From contig OZ251518.1 in the NCBI GenBank assembly GCA_965242965.1, forward strand, positions 1,184,001 through 1,248,000: a stretch of DNA of 64,000 nucleotides, given 5' to 3'. Source of the stretch: Candidatus Poribacteria bacterium. Lineage in GTDB: Bacteria; Poribacteria; WGA-4E; WGA-3G. Within the stretch, counting starts at the first letter, position 1. Each line of letters opens with the position of its first letter. Positions 55,198 through 64,000 of this stretch are shown in pieces. The position numbers were made by a program, and so were the translations under genes. The notes under the pieces were generated by a model. It was not told the DNA's origin and did not search any database. It saw nothing but the letters and a program-made list of their open reading frames with translations.

Positions 55198-56079
55198 CTA
55201 CACCGACCGGTGCCCCGCATACCCACGCGGGTTTTCAAACGCATCTACCCACAGATGACACCACTCGCCGTGGTCCTTCAGGACAGTATCGGGATTTTTG
55301 CGGCTGCGCACGACAAAATCGGGATGCGCTGTCCGGCCGGTGTGATGTCCTGTCGGCTGATAGCGAAGATCCAATGACCAGCGACACCGGTCGGAGGTAT
55401 TCGGCTGTGAACGGTGCGGCGTAAACCGGCTCAATAAAACAAGATCACCGCGGTAACATTCCAACATCAGCGGTTCAACGTCGGGCATGAGCTCCGGTTT
55501 TATCATCGTGCCGCCCTCTTTCTGATGGACGAGGTAACCCTTTTCTTCGGTGGTGCCGGGCAGTGCTTGGAGGCATCCCATCTCCACCGTGCTATCGCCG
55601 AGCGGCAGCCAGCACGTTACGATATTGGAACTTTCTGCTTCTGGCATCATGACGCCGGCATCTTGGTGCCACGGGACACCGCCTGCCCAACTCGCATTGC
55701 CGTCTATCACAGGCGGTTTTGCTCGCAGATGCTGGATAGGGTTGCAGGTAATCTCCGATCCGACGATGCCTTCAATGACATCTAACAGATTGTCATTTCT
55801 GAGGAATTCAAAGATTGCCTTGCCGCGGTAGTGCATGATGTCCAGTCCGCCAGCCATCTCGTCCGCCTGCGCGAGCAGTTTCGCGAACCGCAGGTCGAAC
55901 GGTTCATCTTCATAGAGGTTCTCGATCTTTCCTTCCTGCTGCAGTGCGGTGGCCCGTTCTGATATCCAGTCAGAGATTTCGTCAATGACAGGCTGCAGGT
56001 CTGCGTCAGTCAGCGCATTTTTGACGATTAGCACGCCTTGGGTCTGGAAGGTATTGCATTGTTGTTGCGTCAGTTTCAT
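55198..56079 (-). CDS. Phytanoyl-CoA dioxygenase (PhyH) family protein
   Basis: PWHQD, WLPL, GCLQ, TPHRSQPN...RWSLDLRY; AGGAG RBS before ATG 56079. Confidence 0.9.
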   Translation of the reverse strand: MKLTQQQCNTFQTQGVLIVKNALTDADLQPVIDEISDWISERATALQQEGKIENLYEDEPFDLRFAKLLAQADEMAGGLDIMHYRGKAIFEFLRNDNLLDVIEGIVGSEITCNPIQHLRAKPPVIDGNASWAGGVPWHQDAGVMMPEAESSNIVTCWLPLGDSTVEMGCLQALPGTTEEKGYLVHQKEGGTMIKPELMPDVEPLMLECYRGDLVLLSRFTPHRSQPNTSDRCRWSLDLRYQPTGHHTGRTAHPDFVVRSRKNPDTVLKDHGEWCHLWVDAFENPRGYAGHRSV

Positions 56080-56568
56080 AAAGCGTCTCCTTTTTTTGAG
56101 GATTGGGAGGGCTCTCCTACATTCATTGGAAAATATGATAGCATAGTGGGTGGAATTTTTCAACAAAAAACGTCACATTCTATCGTAGGGCGAGGGCCCT
56201 CGGATGCCACACGCGCACGCGAGCGGGTTTCCCTCGCCATGCAGCGCTCGCGGGGGACAGGCCCCCGCGCTACGGGCTCTGGGCATCCGTTTCACCGTAG
56301 GGCGCGGGGTTTGCGATCCGTAGTTCGGGATCGCCTGATCCCGAACGGGCATCTGTTTCACCGAACGTTCGCGGGGGACAGGCCCCCGCGCTACGGCCTC
56401 GGAGCATCCGTTTTATCGTAGGGCGAGGGCCTGTCCCTCGCCATGCTGCAAGTGCCAGTTTTCTCTCTCTATAGGTAAGGATTGCCTAATCCTTACCTGT
56501 TTGAGATCAGGCGATCTCAAACTACAGATGAGGAAAACTAAGTCGCTCTGTGGTTTTTTGCAAAAAAC

Positions 56569-56833
56569 TTGACAAAAAATTGCAAATAGCGTAAAATTAC
56601 CCTCAATCGCGCGGAAAACGCGCGCAAATTGCCGAAAAATTAAAAAAGTTTGACATTTTTCTCGATTTTTGCTAAAATTCGCAGAAATGTCGTGGAAAAG
56701 TCATTTTTTTTCATATTTTTGGAGAAAAATGTTGACAAAAAAATGCGAAATTTGCTAAAATAAAACCAGTTTTGGAATTTTTGGCGATTTTTCGCAGAAA
56801 AATGTTGACATGATTTGCAAAATTATGTATAAT
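56569..56833 (+). promoter_or_regulatory. Four tandem sigma70 promoters
   Basis: TTGACA at 56569, 56650, 56732 and 56805, followed after 17, 17, 18 and 17 nt by TAAAAT, TAAAAT, TAAAAT and TATAAT; A-tracts upstream of each. Confidence 0.85.
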
Positions 56834-56839
56834 TTTGGC

Positions 56840-57526
56840 AAAACGTAGTGGTAGGAGCGACTTCCGAATCGCGACTCACCACATTTCGCAAACCTGACAG
56901 AACGAGGAACGACAAAGTGAACCAGCGAAATATGAATCTCATGACTAAAAAGGTCGCGGATGACCTGCACGGGCCTCGCGGGACGCAGCACATTCGGTGT
57001 GCGTTCGGCCCCTTCGTCGCGCCGTCACGAGTTCCTATCTGTCTTGATACCGAAAAAGTAGATTCCCCCCCCCCCTACAGCCGCAGGGGTTGATGGGTTT
57101 TCACCTGACAGCATCGGGCACTTTCGCCCGTGTCTTGTCTTTAATCCCGCACGCGTTCATCGCGTTGCGGGCTATGTTTGTTGCATTGGGACTGTCCCGA
57201 TGCATGTTTTCCCTGCCATATTTCCGGTTGCATTCGCTTCCGTTGTTATCTCCTCTGTTGCTCTCTGTCGTTTCAGTCGGATATTTCCGCGCGCTGCCTG
57301 TGTTTGGGGCGGCGTGGTTGCGCGCGTTCGCTGCGCGTCCTCGCGGAGAAACGTTGAGAAGGAAAGCGATGGTGACTGGGCGTTGGCAGGTGTTTTTAAC
57401 TCGGTTCCGGGCAAAACACCTGATAGAGGGTTATGCCGAAAAATCCTGTCTACACAATCATTAACAATGGAACAGGCAGGCACAACTGCCTGCCACCGAC
57501 AACTCTGAAAACGAAAGGACGCACGC
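56840..57526 (+). other. Long structured leader or candidate ncRNA with a C11 tract
   Basis: No convincing protein; hairpins at 57146-57171, 57182-57204, 57387-57422 and 57475-57494; C11 at 57065-57075. Confidence 0.5.
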
Positions 57527-57997
57527 ATGAACCGATACCGAACTCTCTGCATCACTGTACTACTAGCAGCACTCGTCTGCTTCACAATCGGATGCCAGGC
57601 TGGGAAGAAGAATAGCGACGAAATCCCAAAGCCGCCGGAACCGAAATATCGCACCGACACCGTGCTGCTCATTGAATCCGATGGCTACGGCTATCTCGCG
57701 CGGGTGACAGAAGATACGCCGCCGGATGCAAAGGAAGTGCCAGTCAAATTCTTCTCCGCGGCACTTGAAAAGAAGGTTGGCAATGCTGTCGCGTCCGAGA
57801 ACATTCTGACAGCCCGAGAGGAACCGCCAGATGGCTGGGCATCGCGCCCCGTGTCAATTGACTACTTCAACGGCATCACGTGGAAACACCAAATGAATGT
57901 GCTGGAGTTGGAGGACGGCTATCTCCTACCTGAAGAGGTCAAGGGCAAACGGCGTGTGGAATTCGCGAACGTCCGTGTCCCCATCGCCGTGCATTGA
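57527..57997 (+). CDS. Lipoprotein with uncharacterised PIAVH domain
   Basis: Lipobox FTIGC; ~115-aa domain ending RVPIAVH shared with two neighbours. Confidence 0.8.
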   Translation: MNRYRTLCITVLLAALVCFTIGCQAGKKNSDEIPKPPEPKYRTDTVLLIESDGYGYLARVTEDTPPDAKEVPVKFFSAALEKKVGNAVASENILTAREEPPDGWASRPVSIDYFNGITWKHQMNVLELEDGYLLPEEVKGKRRVEFANVRVPIAVH

Positions 57998-58052
57998 AAC
58001 CACAGGAGAGCCCTCACAGGCGCGGCGCGCGCTAACAAAAGGAGACAATATC

Positions 58053-58751
58053 ATGAACCGATATCAAATCATTTTCGCATTCACCGCTGTGTTGCTAGGG
58101 ATTTTCCTCTGTTTCACAATCGGCTGTCAGCCGGACAAGAATAACGATGAAAAGCCGGTAGAAAAGCCGCCGGAACCACCACCGGAACCGCCGGAGGAAC
58201 CACCGCCGGAGGAAAAGCCACCGGAACCACCGCCGGAGGAAAAGCCGCCGGAGGAAAAGCCACCGGAACCACCGCCGGAGGAAAAGCCGGAGGAACCACC
58301 GCCGGAGGAACCACCGGAGGAACCACCGCCGGAGGAACCACCGCCGGAGGAACCACCGCCGGAGGAAAAGCCACCGGAGGAAAAGCCACCGGAACCGCTC
58401 TACAAAACTGGTACCGTGCTGCTCATTGAATCCGATGACTACGGCTACCTTGCGCGGGTGACAGAAGATACACTGCCCGATGCAACGGAAGTGCCAGTCA
58501 AATTTTTCTCGGCGGAGGTCCGGAAGAAAGCCGGGGACACCGTCAAGCCAGAGGATATTCTAAGGATTCGAGAGGAACCCCCAGATGGCTGGGCATCGCG
58601 CCCCATCGCCTTGGAGTACTTTGATGGTGCCACTTGGAAGCATCAAATGGATGTGCTTGAGTTGAAGGACGGCTATCTCCTACCTGAAGGAGTCAAAGGA
58701 GAGCGGCGGGTGGAATTCGCGAATGTCCGCGTCCCCATCGCCGTGCATTGA
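58053..58751 (+). CDS. Lipoprotein with Pro/Glu/Lys-rich stalk and PIAVH domain
   Basis: AGGAG RBS, lipobox FTIGC, ~80-aa PPEE(K) repeat, paralogous C-terminal domain. Confidence 0.85.
   Translation: MNRYQIIFAFTAVLLGIFLCFTIGCQPDKNNDEKPVEKPPEPPPEPPEEPPPEEKPPEPPPEEKPPEEKPPEPPPEEKPEEPPPEEPPEEPPPEEPPPEEPPPEEKPPEEKPPEPLYKTGTVLLIESDDYGYLARVTEDTLPDATEVPVKFFSAEVRKKAGDTVKPEDILRIREEPPDGWASRPIALEYFDGATWKHQMDVLELKDGYLLPEGVKGERRVEFANVRVPIAVH
58152..58397 (+). repeat. Coding tandem repeat (CCGCCGGAGGAA-type units)
   Basis: Encodes EKPPEPPPEE repeats. Confidence 0.9.
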
Positions 58752-58767
58752 ATAGGAGAAAACAACG

Positions 58768-60435
58768 ATGCACCTTGATAAATACCGCTACCAACGTTTG
58801 GCAGCATCACCGACGTTACTTTTGATAGCACTCGCTATCGCTATCGTGCTCAGCGGTGCCTTCGCGGCGACTGCAGACGCACAGACGGTGCACGCGCTAC
58901 TCGTTATCATGGACGATGACCTGGACATCGCGATCAGCGTCGGGCAAAACCGTAAGCGCGTGAGGAACTTCTTCGACCGCCTCCCCGGCACGAAACTTGA
59001 AATCTACAGTGCTGAGGACATGAGAAAAGCGAACGAACTCAGGCCGCAGCATATCCTTGATTGGATCCAGCGGTGTCCCGCTGGCGCGCAAGACACTATC
59101 TTTGTTTACTACAGTGGCCATGGATACAGCGACGACCTCCACAAACGGCACTACCTCAGCCTCCGCCTCCACAATCCCGCGTTTTCGGTGAGGCGGAGCG
59201 ATCTCGCAGACGCGCTCAAAAAGAAACCGTGCCGCTTGAAGATGCTGGTCACTGATGCATGTAGCAACTTTTTGGACACGCAACTTGCTGCGAGCGTGAA
59301 ACAATATGCCGCCTTGCAATCCAAAGCGCAACTCTATGCCAAGAATCTCTTCCTCCAGCATGAAGGATTCCTTGACATCAACGCCGCATCACCTGGGCAT
59401 TTTGCACTCGGCAGCAACGACATCGGCGGGTTCTTTACCACTGCGCTCATCACGAGCAGCTTCACCGCCGAATCAGACACAAACGGCGACCGGTTCCTCT
59501 CTTGGAAAGAAGTCTTCGCCAAGTGTAAAACCGAAACGGAGAATCTGTTCCAGCAGGCACTCCCCGAAATTCGGAGCAACCCAACAGTCTTCCTACAAAT
59601 GGAAGAAGCTAGACAGACAACCCAAGTGCCGCACAATTACGAACCGCTACCAACGCGCAGCGGGACTACGGCACCGAGACTTCCCACAACTGCCGCAAAA
59701 ATTGTTGGCAACGATGGCGCAGAAATGGTGCTCATCCCCGCCGGCGAGTTTCAGATGGGCAGCAACAACGGCGATGAAGATGAAAAACCCGTGCATACCG
59801 TCTACGTGGATGCGTTCTACATGGATGTCTACGAGGTGACGAACGCGCAGTTCAAGGCGTTTGTCGATGTCAATCCGCAGTGGCAGAAAGACCAGATTTC
59901 AACAAACTACCACGATGGAGATTACCTCAATCCCTGGTCTGGTAACAGTTATCCGGTTGGAAAAGGTAACCACCCCGTGACGTATGTGAGTTGGTATGCG
60001 GCGATGGCGTATGCGGAGTGGGCAGGGAAACGGCTGCCGACGGAGGCGGAGTGGGAGAAAGCGGCGCGCGGCGGGTTGCAAGGACAGAAGTATCCGTGGG
60101 GCAATGGGATTGATGCAGGTCAGGCAAATTACAGACAGAATCTTGGGGGCACCACGGCGGTTGGGAGTTATGGTGCGAATGGGTATGGGTTATATGATAT
60201 GGCTGGCAATGTGTGGGAGTGGTGTGTTGATACGTATAAAGCGGATTTCTATAAGGTTGCGCCGCCTCGGAATCCTGCTTATCTGACAGATCAGACCAAC
60301 ACCTCGCGCGTGTTGCGCGGCGGCAGTTGGTTCAATACAGCGCGGTACTTGCGCGTCGCCGATCGCGGCAGGGGTTCGCCGACGGGCTCGTACTCGTACG
60401 ACGGTTTTCGTTGCGCGAGGGCTGTTACGCCTTGA
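58768..60435 (+). CDS. Secreted caspase-like (peptidase C14) protein with C-terminal FGE-sulfatase/SUMF1 domain
   Basis: Signal peptide; YYSGHG and TDAC dyad; MVLIPAGEFQMGS, RLPTEAEWEKAARGG, DMAGNVWEW, RGGSW, GFRC. Confidence 0.9.
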   Translation: MHLDKYRYQRLAASPTLLLIALAIAIVLSGAFAATADAQTVHALLVIMDDDLDIAISVGQNRKRVRNFFDRLPGTKLEIYSAEDMRKANELRPQHILDWIQRCPAGAQDTIFVYYSGHGYSDDLHKRHYLSLRLHNPAFSVRRSDLADALKKKPCRLKMLVTDACSNFLDTQLAASVKQYAALQSKAQLYAKNLFLQHEGFLDINAASPGHFALGSNDIGGFFTTALITSSFTAESDTNGDRFLSWKEVFAKCKTETENLFQQALPEIRSNPTVFLQMEEARQTTQVPHNYEPLPTRSGTTAPRLPTTAAKIVGNDGAEMVLIPAGEFQMGSNNGDEDEKPVHTVYVDAFYMDVYEVTNAQFKAFVDVNPQWQKDQISTNYHDGDYLNPWSGNSYPVGKGNHPVTYVSWYAAMAYAEWAGKRLPTEAEWEKAARGGLQGQKYPWGNGIDAGQANYRQNLGGTTAVGSYGANGYGLYDMAGNVWEWCVDTYKADFYKVAPPRNPAYLTDQTNTSRVLRGGSWFNTARYLRVADRGRGSPTGSYSYDGFRCARAVTP

Positions 60436-60455
60436 ATCTTAACTCCCTTACCCCT

Positions 60456-60477
60456 TCTGATCGGTTTACCGATCAGA
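60456..60477 (+). other. Perfect hairpin after the caspase-FGE gene
   Basis: TCTGATCGGT-TT-ACCGATCAGA, no U-tract. Confidence 0.6.
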
Positions 60478-60640
60478 CCGTTATGAAAAAGGGGTATATA
60501 TTAGACCTAACGGCCGGCCCGGTGCCTCTTTTTCGTCGAGAAATCCGCTTACTATGCGGTTTCATTCTACGAACAACTTTTGTGGGCGCGGTCTTTTCAA
60601 TATGGAGATGAGACGCATCAACGTTATTTGGTAGTTAACC

Positions 60641-60986
60641 GAGGGTGTTTCATAAATCGTTCAACGTCGCGGTGACAGGCCCCTGCTACGGTGAAGAAAC
60701 GCCTCCTTTTCACGTAGGGCGAGGGCCTGTCCCTCGCCATGCACAGGTCTGCGCAGCAACCATCCGTAGTCTCTGGGCTGCGGGCGTTTTCCGCAGCGGG
60801 TGAGAGATCGCGGGGGACAGGCCCCCGCGCTACGGGAAACAACGTCTCTTAGGTCCGTAGGACCTTAATGTCTATAGTTCGCTCGCCTGCGAAGAACCTT
60901 AATAAACGGCACGACACGTATTTCTATAGACATGTAGGTCCTACGGACCTAAAGAGGCATCCCTAACGGAGTTATGAAACACCCTC
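60641..60986. mobile_element. MITE-like cassette with REP cargo
   Basis: 15-bp TIRs and exact 8-bp direct repeat AGTTAACC (60633-60640 and 60987-60994). Confidence 0.85.
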
Positions 60987-61231
60987 AGTTAACCCGGTAG
61001 GCGAGACCTCCTGGTCTCGACGGTTTTCGGACGAGTCTCGGTGGTTTTCGTCATCCATCAAGACTGGGAGAACGACACGGGGCGATGCCGTTCTATAGGT
61101 AGGTATCACTCCATGCCAACCTCTCCTACCGGTCGAAACGAATGGAGGGATTGCCAGGGAAGTGATGAACTGGCAATCTTCCTTACGGAATTGATGAGCA
61201 GGTTTCTCATGAATGAAAGGAGGATTACATT

Positions 61232-62434
61232 TTGAGATGCAACCTTAGCAAGCGAATTCCGCTTGTTGTTTTAGCCGTGCTATTCTGCATCGCCGCGCTG
61301 TTTATCGGCCGTGGACATGCAGATCCAGCCACTTCCGAGGAAGGGACTGCCTCTCTGGAAAGAGATACTGCGCAGTCCGGAACATCTATGGGAATTGTTT
61401 CGGAGATGTTTTTCCGTCCCTATCCGCACCGCGCTGATATAGTGATTGACGCGGGCGATTTGGGTCGCTACCGCTTCTCGGAAGATACAGAGCTCCGCCG
61501 CATTCCGCGCGATGTGGACATCCGGCGGGAACTCGTTCAGTTGCTCAACGATGTCGAAAAAGAGGTAGGGCAGCCAGTTCTGATTCTCACCGGCTACCGT
61601 TCCGAGCAACATCAAATCTATCTTTGGGCGAAATGGCTTAAAGATAACCGTGCCAAGGTCCGCGCTCTCAACCGGGAAGATCACCGGACATGGGCGACGT
61701 GGATTGAGGCGAGTCAGGAGCTGCGGGGATGTCCCCCGCTTGCAACGAAACACCAGACTGGGGACGCTGTCACTTTTTATTGGAAAACCTTGTCTCTAGA
61801 CTCGCGGAGAACACGCAAAGAGCTCACTGAGCTTATCCGCGAGTTAGGGGGAGAGGAGCAGTATTCCGCGCGTGACCGGCGGGAGTTCAATATTCCGCGC
61901 GGCGATAACGCGCTGTTTGAGGTAACAGCGTACGAGGAAGACGACAATATCAGTCTTGACAATCCGCAGGGATATCCCTGCTTCCGTGTCGTCTACCGTC
62001 CCAGTGAAACGCCGCGAGCACCGCGCAGTCGATATGTCGGTGTCCGCGACCGCGACGACAGACGCGACACAACACCGCGCACCTATAAAGAAGGTGACAT
62101 CCTCCTCATCGCCGTAGACGATTACAACTACCTCGGCCGAGTCACGGAGGATACGCGCCTGCGGGACGAGTTTGTTAAAGTTCAGTTCTTCGTTGAAGAG
62201 ATCGACGATGAACTCGGTGACGAAGTCTCTATTGATGAAATCTCAGGCGTTCGCCCTAAGCCGGAAGCCGGTTGGGGTAAAGCGAAAGTCATTTTGGAGT
62301 ACTACAACGGGAAGGAATGGAAGTATTCCAAGGATGTGTTGGTGTTTAGAGACTACTACCGTCTTCCGCGCTCGGTTCGCGGTGAGTATATATTGAAATT
62401 TAATCAGGTTCGATTTCCTATTGCTGTCCACTAG
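61232..62434 (+). CDS. Secreted protein: peptidase M15-like domain plus C-terminal PIAVH domain
   Basis: AGGAGG RBS with TTG start, signal peptide; TGYRS..HQ and TKHQTGDAVT; C-terminus ends VRFPIAVH. Confidence 0.75.
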   Translation: MRCNLSKRIPLVVLAVLFCIAALFIGRGHADPATSEEGTASLERDTAQSGTSMGIVSEMFFRPYPHRADIVIDAGDLGRYRFSEDTELRRIPRDVDIRRELVQLLNDVEKEVGQPVLILTGYRSEQHQIYLWAKWLKDNRAKVRALNREDHRTWATWIEASQELRGCPPLATKHQTGDAVTFYWKTLSLDSRRTRKELTELIRELGGEEQYSARDRREFNIPRGDNALFEVTAYEEDDNISLDNPQGYPCFRVVYRPSETPRAPRSRYVGVRDRDDRRDTTPRTYKEGDILLIAVDDYNYLGRVTEDTRLRDEFVKVQFFVEEIDDELGDEVSIDEISGVRPKPEAGWGKAKVILEYYNGKEWKYSKDVLVFRDYYRLPRSVRGEYILKFNQVRFPIAVH

Positions 62435-62474
62435 TTGGACGATTAACCCTATTTGACTCAGGAGGTCAAAAAGA

Positions 62475-63884
62475 ATGTTTGTTTCAAAATTTCGGCTTAT
62501 CGCCGTATTAGTGTTTGCGCTGGGCACTGTGATGCTCACGGCTCCTACGGTGGAGGCGCAAACTGTCCATGCCTTACTCGTGATTATGGATGCCGATAAA
62601 CGCCTCGGCGGGGGAATGCAAGTCAACCAGAAGAAAGTGGAAGACTTACTCTCACAGGTGAAACGGGTCTATCGGGTTGACACGGATGTCTATCTGAGTT
62701 CCCGTGGCGAAACCACACCGCGCAATGTGCTGCGATGGGTTCAAGACCTGCGCCCCGCGCGTGACGATGTAGTGTTTATCTACTACGGTGGACACGGTGG
62801 GATGGTTAGCAAGACAGATCGGCGGACTTATCTCTACCTAACGAACGGCGAACTGTACCGGACAGATCTCGAGGCTGCGGTTAAATCGCATTCTTGCCGT
62901 TTGAAAATTATCGTTACTGATGCTTGTAGCAGTTATCCGGTGCGCCAGTCGCAGGCACAGGTGCAAGCTTTTGGTGTATCCACTGTTTCCTCTCGTCAAA
63001 ACGCGATGATCAAAAATCTGTTTGGACAACATGAGGGGCTCCTGCACGTCAACGGAGCGAGTGAAGGCCAATACGGCTGGAGCGATGCCTCCAGAAATGG
63101 GCAGGGAAGTTTTTTTACTCGCAGCTTCATCACCGCTATTGATCACAAAAATTATAAGGGCGGGGATGGGTTCGTTGAATGGAAAGAGGTTTTTGAACTA
63201 GCGCGAAGGACCACGCAAGAAGTTTTTCGCCAAGTGAAGGATGGTGGAGGGCTTGAAGGGGCTTTGCAAGAACCTCATATCGACTCGGCACAGGTAACCC
63301 TGCAAACTCCTCAGGCGTATGCTCTGGCTGGCCGCCTGCACGATGGCCCTAGCGACATTGATGACCCGCTTTGGGAACTAGAAAATCCGCGGCAGAGGAT
63401 TGCAGTGTCAATGTCCCCCAGTCAGACCAGATACAGAGCGGGGGACTATCTTGATTTAACGCTGCGGGCGGACGACGACTGCTACATTACGCTGCTGAAT
63501 TGGGACTCACACGGCAACTTTACTAAGTTGTTCCCCAACAAATATCAGGAGGATAACTTCATCCGCGGGGGACGTACCTATCACTTTCCACCTGAGGATG
63601 CTGACTTTGAACTTCACCTCCCTGGCCCCGTAGGCAAGGAGATGCTGAAGTTAATCGTTGTCACTTCTTCCCGTGCCAACGACAAAATTAACCAAATCCT
63701 CGATCGTCCAAGGACAGAACCTTTTGCCACGCAGAGTTCGCGCGCCAAGGATGGGCAAACTCTGATTCTGCCTCAAATTATTGCAACCGTTGAGGCTGAA
63801 ACAAGGATTGTTGAAGTCTTAAAGAGACTGCCCTCTAGCGAATGGGCGGAAGTTCATTTTGATGTAGATATTGAGCGGCGGTGA
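62475..63884 (+). CDS. Secreted caspase-like (peptidase C14) protein with C-terminal DUF4384-like domain
   Basis: Signal peptide; YYGGHG and TDAC; YRAGD...DCYITL...LFPN...YHFP...GKEMLKLIVT. Confidence 0.85.
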   Translation: MFVSKFRLIAVLVFALGTVMLTAPTVEAQTVHALLVIMDADKRLGGGMQVNQKKVEDLLSQVKRVYRVDTDVYLSSRGETTPRNVLRWVQDLRPARDDVVFIYYGGHGGMVSKTDRRTYLYLTNGELYRTDLEAAVKSHSCRLKIIVTDACSSYPVRQSQAQVQAFGVSTVSSRQNAMIKNLFGQHEGLLHVNGASEGQYGWSDASRNGQGSFFTRSFITAIDHKNYKGGDGFVEWKEVFELARRTTQEVFRQVKDGGGLEGALQEPHIDSAQVTLQTPQAYALAGRLHDGPSDIDDPLWELENPRQRIAVSMSPSQTRYRAGDYLDLTLRADDDCYITLLNWDSHGNFTKLFPNKYQEDNFIRGGRTYHFPPEDADFELHLPGPVGKEMLKLIVVTSSRANDKINQILDRPRTEPFATQSSRAKDGQTLILPQIIATVEAETRIVEVLKRLPSSEWAEVHFDVDIERR

Positions 63885-63920
63885 TTCACACGCGTGGCCG
63901 GTCATCGCCTAACATCCGGC

Positions 63921-63960
63921 CTTTTCTGTTAGTCGTGCTTCCGCACGACTAACAGAAAAG
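63921..63960. repeat. Perfect 18-bp inverted repeat
   Basis: CTTTTCTGTTAGTCGTGC-TTCC-GCACGACTAACAGAAAAG. Confidence 0.8.
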
Positions 63961-64000
63961 CACTTCTCATAAAGGAAAAGAAAACATGATGAAACATGCA

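Noticed and set aside
56840-57526. rRNA, tRNA, tmRNA, RNase P or group II intron behind the tandem promoters
   Set aside because: I could not find their hallmark sequences by eye; an Rfam search is still needed.
56840-61231. DGR template repeat or reverse transcriptase in the window
   Set aside because: No AAC-rich copy of 60300-60435 and no RT motif found.

Overview
Bacterial chromosomal window with no rRNA, tRNA or CRISPR array. Gene content suggests Candidatus Poribacteria or a similar sponge symbiont (inference from three PhyH dioxygenases, a LamG protein with a C-terminal TxWGxxK motif, a BMC shell plus aldehyde dehydrogenase, and C-type lectin proteins). Housekeeping genes (gpmI, prs, ligA, icd, tatA, uppS, rsgA) are mixed with two fused restriction-modification enzymes and many secreted proteins. 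Main observations: (1) The ORF track misses two probable selenoproteins: a secreted five-domain heavy-metal-binding (HMA) protein with two in-frame UGA codons in UxxC motifs, and a peroxiredoxin-like UxxC protein. Each UGA is followed by a SECIS-like hairpin. (2) An operon at 56.5-64 kb sits behind four tandem sigma70 promoters and a ~680-nt structured leader with a C11 tract. It pairs secreted caspase-like proteases with exported proteins sharing a domain I do not recognise, always ending in PIAVH. One caspase has a C-terminus resembling a DGR target. (3) Most larger intergenic gaps hold mosaic GTAG-type REP arrays, often inside MITE-like cassettes with 15-bp TIRs and ~8-bp target duplications. 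These repeats insert in frame into proteins, accompany duplicated gene 3' ends, truncate a toxin gene, and supply promoters and a start codon. All calls come from motif recognition by eye; no database searches were run.
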